Made by a program: the position numbers and the translations under genes. DNA of 64,000 bases from Orbicella franksi (Eukaryota). The notes beneath the pieces were generated by a model that searched no databases, had not been told where the DNA came from, and saw only the letters and a list, made by a program, of their open reading frames with translations. The stretch covers positions 31,744,001 to 31,808,000 of the forward strand of contig OZ116702.1 in assembly GCA_964199315.1 (NCBI GenBank), read 5' to 3'. This document shows positions 60,701 to 64,000 of this stretch, piece after piece; position 1 is the first letter of the stretch; each line of letters opens with the position of its first letter.

Positions 60701-63321
60701 CACGACTGCATGATCATCCTTGGTGCCATCCTTTGAAATCCTTCGGTTACCGGTATTGATGGTACTAAGATTGAGTGGAATGCAATTTCAGTTGGACAGA
60801 CTACAGTCAAACCTCTATTATGCAGTGGCCATCAGGAAATAGCCAGGTGACTGCTCAATGGAGGTTGACTGTTTCAAATGAGGTGATAAGAATTTAAGCA
60901 GGAAAATTAAGCGCAAGTTAAGTTACATGACGTTTTGACGACTTCATGTCATCATTGTCACAAGAATAAATTAAAAACTCTTTACATGAAGTTTTCATGT
61001 AACGTTTGCTAATTTTCTCACATCCTAAGTGCTATAAATATGCCTTGCTGTTATTTTAAATTTATTCATTCGACAATGATGACATGATGTTGTCGAAACC
61101 TCATGTAACTTTACTTAATATGTTAATTTTCCTGCTTAAATGTTTTTCGAAATCGTTTTTTATGATAAGAATTAAGCGCAATATGGGGCACAAATTGAAC
61201 AAGAAAACAAAACTAAGTGCACAATCTACATAAATTCTATTGTTTCATAACAACTGTAACACGAAATTATATATCTATAGAGTTCATGCACTAGCCAACA
61301 GATTTCACGGCAATATTGCTCAAAAGGCAAGTCAAGCATCTTTGTCTTAAAACAGATCATTGACAGTTTTGGCATCTCATTTAACATCAAATGAAAAAAA
61401 TCAGTCATTGACGTCTGTAATTTGGGTTGTATAACTTATTAAATTAATTTTGGCAAAGCATGTCACTGACTTTGTTCAGCACCAACAAGAGTTCTTTATG
61501 ACCATAAAACTGTGCTCTGATTGACCACTGTTAAACAGACCGAGGTGAATTACGATAAAATTAGCCAATCGGTAGTCCCAACGGTGACTGTGTCTGCTTA
61601 ATAGGGGTGACCGCTTAATGGCGGTCAGTAAAAATTAAAGTGAAGCAAGTTTTGGGAGTTTGAAAAGTGACCTCTTAATACATGTAGAGGGTGACCGCTT
61701 AACAGAGCGCTGCTTCATATAAGGTTGATGGCATCTGGTGTACCTGTGGCTACTGCGTGGATCTACATTATGAGTAGCCACAGGAATACCCATCCATCAT
61801 ATAGACCTACTGGTGTTCCTGAGCCTACAGTTAGAAATAGAGTTACTGTTTGTCCTTTGATCAATGTGGCCACAATTAGACACAGAGTTATTGGTGTGCC
61901 TGTGACTTACTGGTGGTCCTGAAGGCCCATCAGGCCCAGTCTCTCCCTGATCGCCAGCTGCTCCCTATAAATGAGAAGCCAAGGCACATTACAATCAGTA
62001 CATCTTCATGCAATGGCAGGTGAGGAGAGTAGTAACGGCAGACTGTAATTATTAAATATATAACTCTTAGAGCCAATTTACACTAACTTTGCTGATGACT
62101 GTTGCATGTGACATGTTTGAGGGTGCAACATCCATGTAGGTTTGGTAGGATGCACGATGAGAATGAAAGTGGAGGCAGCATATAGGATAAAAAAATCTTA
62201 ATAGAGGAATGTGGTTAAAAATTCCTCAACAGGAGCTGGAGTTTCTCATTTTGACAGATCATGTAGGATGCAGGATAGTTTTACATTGACAGCAGGATGC
62301 GGTCTATGAAAAAACAGAAGTTATAGACATCATGCAGAGAACTGCGGCTTTAACCAGGCGAGATCAGAATAAACATTTTGAGTAGTGAGTGGGATGGCAG
62401 GATTAAGCTACAAATAGTAGCGGGATGTGGTATTGAAAAAGCCTAATTACATACATGTTGGACCCTCGTGCTTACACCATGAATTCCATGTACAAATGTG
62501 TGACTTTGTGGTGACAGTGGTAAGCAAGTTGTACATTTGAAGCAAACATTTCAAGCGATAACTAACTTGTTAATGACATTTATTACAGTGTAGAATGTGA
62601 AACTGTTAATTAATACATACATCAGTTCCATTTTTTCCTGGTGTACCAGGGAAACCATCAGAACCCTAGATAAGGAGAAATCATGAGAAAATGACTAACA
62701 GTGACCATAAAAATAGTGACCGCACAATAGTACATGTATTCATTTGTCAACATACAGAATGCAATGAAAATGACTGCAATTTTTATGAATTCTCTTTGCC
62801 TACTACCAGTCGATACCTGTACATGCTTTTAGTTTATAACACATGCATGTCTTAATTTCTGACAATATTCCCTGCTTTTTTCAGGTTATTCAATACATTT
62901 GTTCATTTATGCTCTACACTTAAAAAAATGGCAATTTCAAAAATTTTGTCAAGATCTTCAAGACAAGTTACATGCAGGATTTGCTGCCAAGTGAAACACC
63001 CCCCTGAAATCTGGCTGCAAATGCTTTTATTGTTATAGTAATCTCAGCAAAAAGTAGACCTTGATTCTACTTTGGGCAATGCTGGTGGCAACCAGGGATG
63101 TTACAATGGGTATTTTTTGTGCAATTTGTGTCACAACAAAACTGCAAGACAAGTGCCTAGGAAAATTGTCCAGTGTAGCAGTGCCTTTAAGATAATTATG
63201 AATGAGACAGCACCTTTCTTCCAACATCACCCCGGACTCCCTTTGGGCCTTTCCTCCCACGCAATCCAGTGTCTCCTTTGAATCCATCCACACCTTTGGG
63301 TCCGTCCGGTCCTTTTTCACC
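21959..63321 (-). CDS. Fibrillar collagen alpha chain (5' end outside window): 60 exons, about 1223 aa in window, Gly-X-Y helix plus COLFI C-propeptide
   Basis: Helix exons in transcript order: 63214-63321, 62621-62665, 61911-61964, 60169-60213, 59406-59504, 58899-58952, 58395-58439, 58216-58269, 57537-57581, 57080-57133, 56526-56579, 55881-55934, 54602-54655, 53754-53807, 53186-53230, 52474-52527, 51626-51670, 50554-50607, 50399-50452, 49685-49738, 49526-49579, 49066-49119, 48093-48137, 47311-47355, 46569-46622, 46116-46169, 45643-45696, 44409-44462, 43111-43164, 41567-41620, 40683-40736, 39929-39982, 39740-39793, 39355-39408, 38372-38425, 37590-37643, 36943-36996, 36611-36664, 35854-35907, 35228-35281, 34885-34938, 34195-34248, 33120-33173, 32169-32276, 32021-32074, 31868-31921, 31295-31348, 30783-30836, 29934-29987, 29054-29089, 28201-28218, 27899-27916, 27512-27538. 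All start with a Gly codon, are phase 0, are multiples of 9 nt and have GT-AG boundaries. Telopeptide and C-propeptide exons: 26296-26427, 25455-25478, 25023-25161, 24387-24490, 23572-23655, 22583-22807, 21959-22096. Clade (A, B or C) cannot be fixed without the N-terminus. Confidence 0.95.
22190..22513 (+). repeat. About 106-bp minisatellite, about 3 units, in the last collagen intron
   Basis: Same unit as 19806-20097. Confidence 0.9.
23309..23510 (-). mobile_element. tRNA-derived SINE (second family)
   Basis: Contains reverse tRNA-like A/B boxes (GGGATTCGAAC, CAACTGAGCTA) plus a non-tRNA body. The reverse-complement copy is at about 41120-41365. Confidence 0.7.
23912..24240. mobile_element. 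Truncated PIF/Harbinger-like MITE (GAGGCCCCATCCACACTACG left end)
   Basis: Recurring TTTGAAAAC and GGAGCTTTTC motifs and an internal inverted AGTGTGGACG. The right end is not clearly preserved. Confidence 0.45.
26040..26221. repeat. Compound (AATG)/(AATC)/(GATC) microsatellite
   Basis: Direct reading of the sequence. Confidence 0.95.
26670..26910. repeat. Degenerate tandem repeat rich in TTTCCCGC motifs
   Basis: Two copies of AGTTACATGATTTTCCCGCCCTTG about 124 nt apart, with several TCCCGCGC and TTTTCGCGC submotifs. Confidence 0.7.
29204..29548. mobile_element. Tc1/mariner (pogo/Tigger-like) MITE
   Basis: TIR CAGTCGAACCTG and CAGGTTCGACTG with a TA duplication on both sides and repeated TGACCGCTTAAT. 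A more diverged relative lies at about 60803-61710. Confidence 0.8.
29599..29797. mobile_element. MITE with CAGG(G)C termini, same family as 60452-60663
   Basis: The internal sequence is the reverse complement of 60452-60663. Flanks CCAGTA and CCACTA form a 6-bp near-duplication. Confidence 0.7.
30150..30450. mobile_element. Harbinger-like MITE (GCTTTCCATTC...GAATAGAGAGC family)
   Basis: The internal GGAAATTTCC-rich body is shared, in opposite orientation, with 43822-44293. Confidence 0.6.
30459..30700. repeat. 57-bp minisatellite, about 4.2 units
   Basis: Unit CCAAACTTCTCAACCAATCAAACACGTGCAA...TCTTTCTGTTGGTTTT. It generates the spurious 19-aa repeat ORF 30223-30690. Confidence 0.9.
31030..31280 (+). 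repeat. Interspersed repeat of about 250 bp (...TTAGTTTTAGTTTCGATTGAGAAGATATAT...CAAACACGGTCTTTCGTGTTTGATAT)
   Basis: Further same-orientation copies at about 41810-42065, 44540-44775 and 54790-55125, the last with an internal duplication. Confidence 0.8.
31585..31810 (+). repeat. About 106-bp minisatellite, about 2 diverged units
   Basis: Same unit as 19806-20097. Confidence 0.75.
33880..34075 (+). mobile_element. SINE fragment (GGTGTATAAATGGGTAC family)
   Basis: Matches the 3' half of the copies at 2430, 34311 and 49870. Confidence 0.6.
34311..34545 (+). mobile_element. tRNA-derived SINE (GGTGTATAAA family)
   Basis: 5' A-box-like TGGTCTGATGG and B-box-like GGTTCAAGAGCC, followed by the family body. 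Confidence 0.7.
35325..35395. repeat. Compound (AAAC)/(AAAT)/(AATT) microsatellite
   Basis: Direct reading of the sequence. Confidence 0.9.
36245..36480 (+). repeat. About 106-bp minisatellite, about 2 diverged units
   Basis: Same unit as 19806-20097. Confidence 0.75.
37025..37280. repeat. Compound (GAAC)/(GAAT) microsatellite
   Basis: Direct reading of the sequence. Confidence 0.95.
40172..40645 (+). mobile_element. 5'-truncated RTE-clade LINE (ORF C-terminus, 3' UTR and (TAC)n tail)
   Basis: RWLGHVHQMKEGRIPKDVMKGEL...CFKDVCKYDLK...WELLAYDRSGWRRAVREEV matches the RTE/BovB-type C-terminal pattern. It ends in CCTACTACTACTAC and is antisense in a collagen intron. Confidence 0.85.
41120..41365 (+). 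mobile_element. tRNA-derived SINE (second family)
   Basis: GGGTAGAGCACTGCACCGGTATCGCAGAGGTCATGGGTTCAGATCCCG tRNA-like head plus a body shared with 23309-23510. Confidence 0.7.
42262..43059. mobile_element. TA-flanked MITE (TIR CACTCTTTTTTTTT...) containing a nested palindromic element
   Basis: TA|CACTCTTTT at the left end and AAAAGAGTG|TA at the right end, with subterminal GAGGCTGAA and TTCAGCCTC in inverted orientation. Confidence 0.65.
42460..42765. repeat. Palindromic interspersed element (about 55-bp arms, 42460-42610) with a downstream TCTTGCCCGCTC repeat block
   Basis: The arm TTATTGACCAAGTGTGAGGTCAAGATGGCTGGATATTGGCCAAGTTCTTTTTTTGCG is nearly perfectly inverted. A weak relative lies near 19480-19640. 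Confidence 0.75.
43822..44293. mobile_element. Harbinger-like MITE (GGGCACTTTCCATTCA ... TGAATGGAAAGCGCGC)
   Basis: Inverted termini. Body shared with 30150-30450, plus an internal palindrome GACCCGTAGCCCTTTCGGGCTACGGGTC near 44182-44209. Confidence 0.7.
48317..48557. mobile_element. MITE (CAGGGCCAGGTTGTTCAAAG ... CTTTCGAACAACCCGGCCCAG)
   Basis: Imperfect TIR of about 20 bp with inverted subterminal TAACCC motifs. Confidence 0.65.
48641..48910 (+). mobile_element. tRNA-derived SINE (third family)
   Basis: A-box-like GTGGCTGAGTTG, B-box GGTTCAAGTCC, a core GCTTGTAAATAGCCAACTGG and an (AAC)n-like tail. Confidence 0.6.
49870..50165 (+). mobile_element. tRNA-derived SINE (GGTGTATAAATGGGT family)
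   Basis: B-box AGTTCGAACCC plus a family body shared with the copies at 2430 and 34311. Confidence 0.7.
52690..53080. repeat. 77-bp minisatellite, about 3 good plus 2 degenerate units
   Basis: AAAGGTCATCATAGGCCTGCAATG recurs at 52851, 52928 and 53005. Confidence 0.85.
53332..53507. mobile_element. Tc1/mariner-like MITE (TA|CAGTTG ... CAACTG|TA)
   Basis: Short TIR with a TA duplication. The GCTATTTCAAA-type motifs recur in partial copies at about 55385-55640, 63380-63530 and 63705-63785. Confidence 0.65.
58570..58771. mobile_element. MITE (TGTGTAGTTCCAGAAAATA ... TATTTTCTGGACCTGCACA)
   Basis: Imperfect TIR of about 19 bp, non-coding. Confidence 0.65.
60285..60715 (-). mobile_element. SINE-like element interrupted by a MITE
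   Basis: The reverse tRNA-like segment ...GGGTCCAGGATTTAAAC|CCTGGTCACAATGGTGGGAGGCGAG is split at 60451/60664 by the insertion. Confidence 0.55.
60452..60663. mobile_element. CAGGGCT-ended MITE with an exact 6-bp target duplication (TTAAAC)
   Basis: TIR CAGGGCTT and AAGCCCTG. TTAAAC at 60446-60451 and 60664-60669. Confidence 0.8.
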
Positions 63322-64000
63322 CTAAAAATACATTTCATTAAAAAGCAGTTTACAGTTGTACCATGTTAATTTAAACTTGGTTCTTTTCAATTCAGACCCA
63401 TTTCCCTTGGACTGCCTTAGTTTGTATGTTCAGTCATTTACTATAATGCAGCTATTTTAAACTCAGTTAATTTGAGCTCACCACTATTTTGAACTGATCT
63501 TTGTTTCCCTTGACCTAAAATCAACCCTGTTTATATAAAACTGTGTTCATGGAAGAGCTGCATGACAAAAAACCATGTCAGAACATGGTAAGGAAACTTA
63601 ACTTTGGCCTTTTCATCACATCACATCACATCACTTTTCAGTCCATAATGTTGATTAATATGTCACAGCCAGTTAAAATTGTTACATGAATACATGTAAA
63701 ACTATGTATTTCAATGCTGACCTAGTTATTTTGAACTCCCGCTATTTTGAACAGTCTGTTTTTTTTCTTTTCCCCTGAGTTTGAAATCATGAAGTCCAAT
63801 TGTATTTGACACACATGACAGAGAGGTGCGGTCATGTAATGGTTCGTGCACTGTCTCCAGATCAAGTGGTACAGCAAGGGCATAGCCAGAGGGATTCCTG
63901 CCAGGGTGGGCCTGTGACCCCCCTTTTGTAAGCCTTTTTTGGGCAAAAATCTACAAAGGTGGTGAAAACTCCATGACAATCTGGTGAGTACCCTCACTTT

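Overview
AT-rich, intron-rich animal genomic DNA. It is most likely an anthozoan or stony coral, inferred from gene architecture and repeat style. The supplied ORF track is almost all noise because the real exons are short, so I rebuilt the genes by hand from GT-AG splice sites and reading-frame continuity. There are three confident genes, all on the minus strand. (1) Cytoplasmic aspartyl-tRNA synthetase DARS1: 20 exons, 1916-9686, 536 aa. (2) A Dickkopf-3-like secreted protein with both cysteine-rich domains: 3 exons, 15708-16727, 194 aa. (3) A fibrillar collagen alpha chain with 60 exons in the window (21959-63321): an uninterrupted Gly-X-Y helix plus a COLFI C-propeptide, with its 5' end beyond the window. 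A fourth, unidentified spliced transcript may start just downstream of DARS1. Introns and spacers hold many MITEs (some nested), tRNA-derived SINEs, two RTE-type LINE 3' fragments, minisatellites and microsatellites. I found no unambiguous new biological system. The best leads are: a collagen exon series in register with the vertebrate COL1A2 exon map; loss of C-propeptide Cys3; a furin site completed by a skippable 24-nt micro-exon; an apparent CpG-depletion boundary inside the collagen gene; and a CAGGGCT-ended MITE family with 5-6 bp target duplications. All values were read by eye, and boundaries of repeats are approximate.
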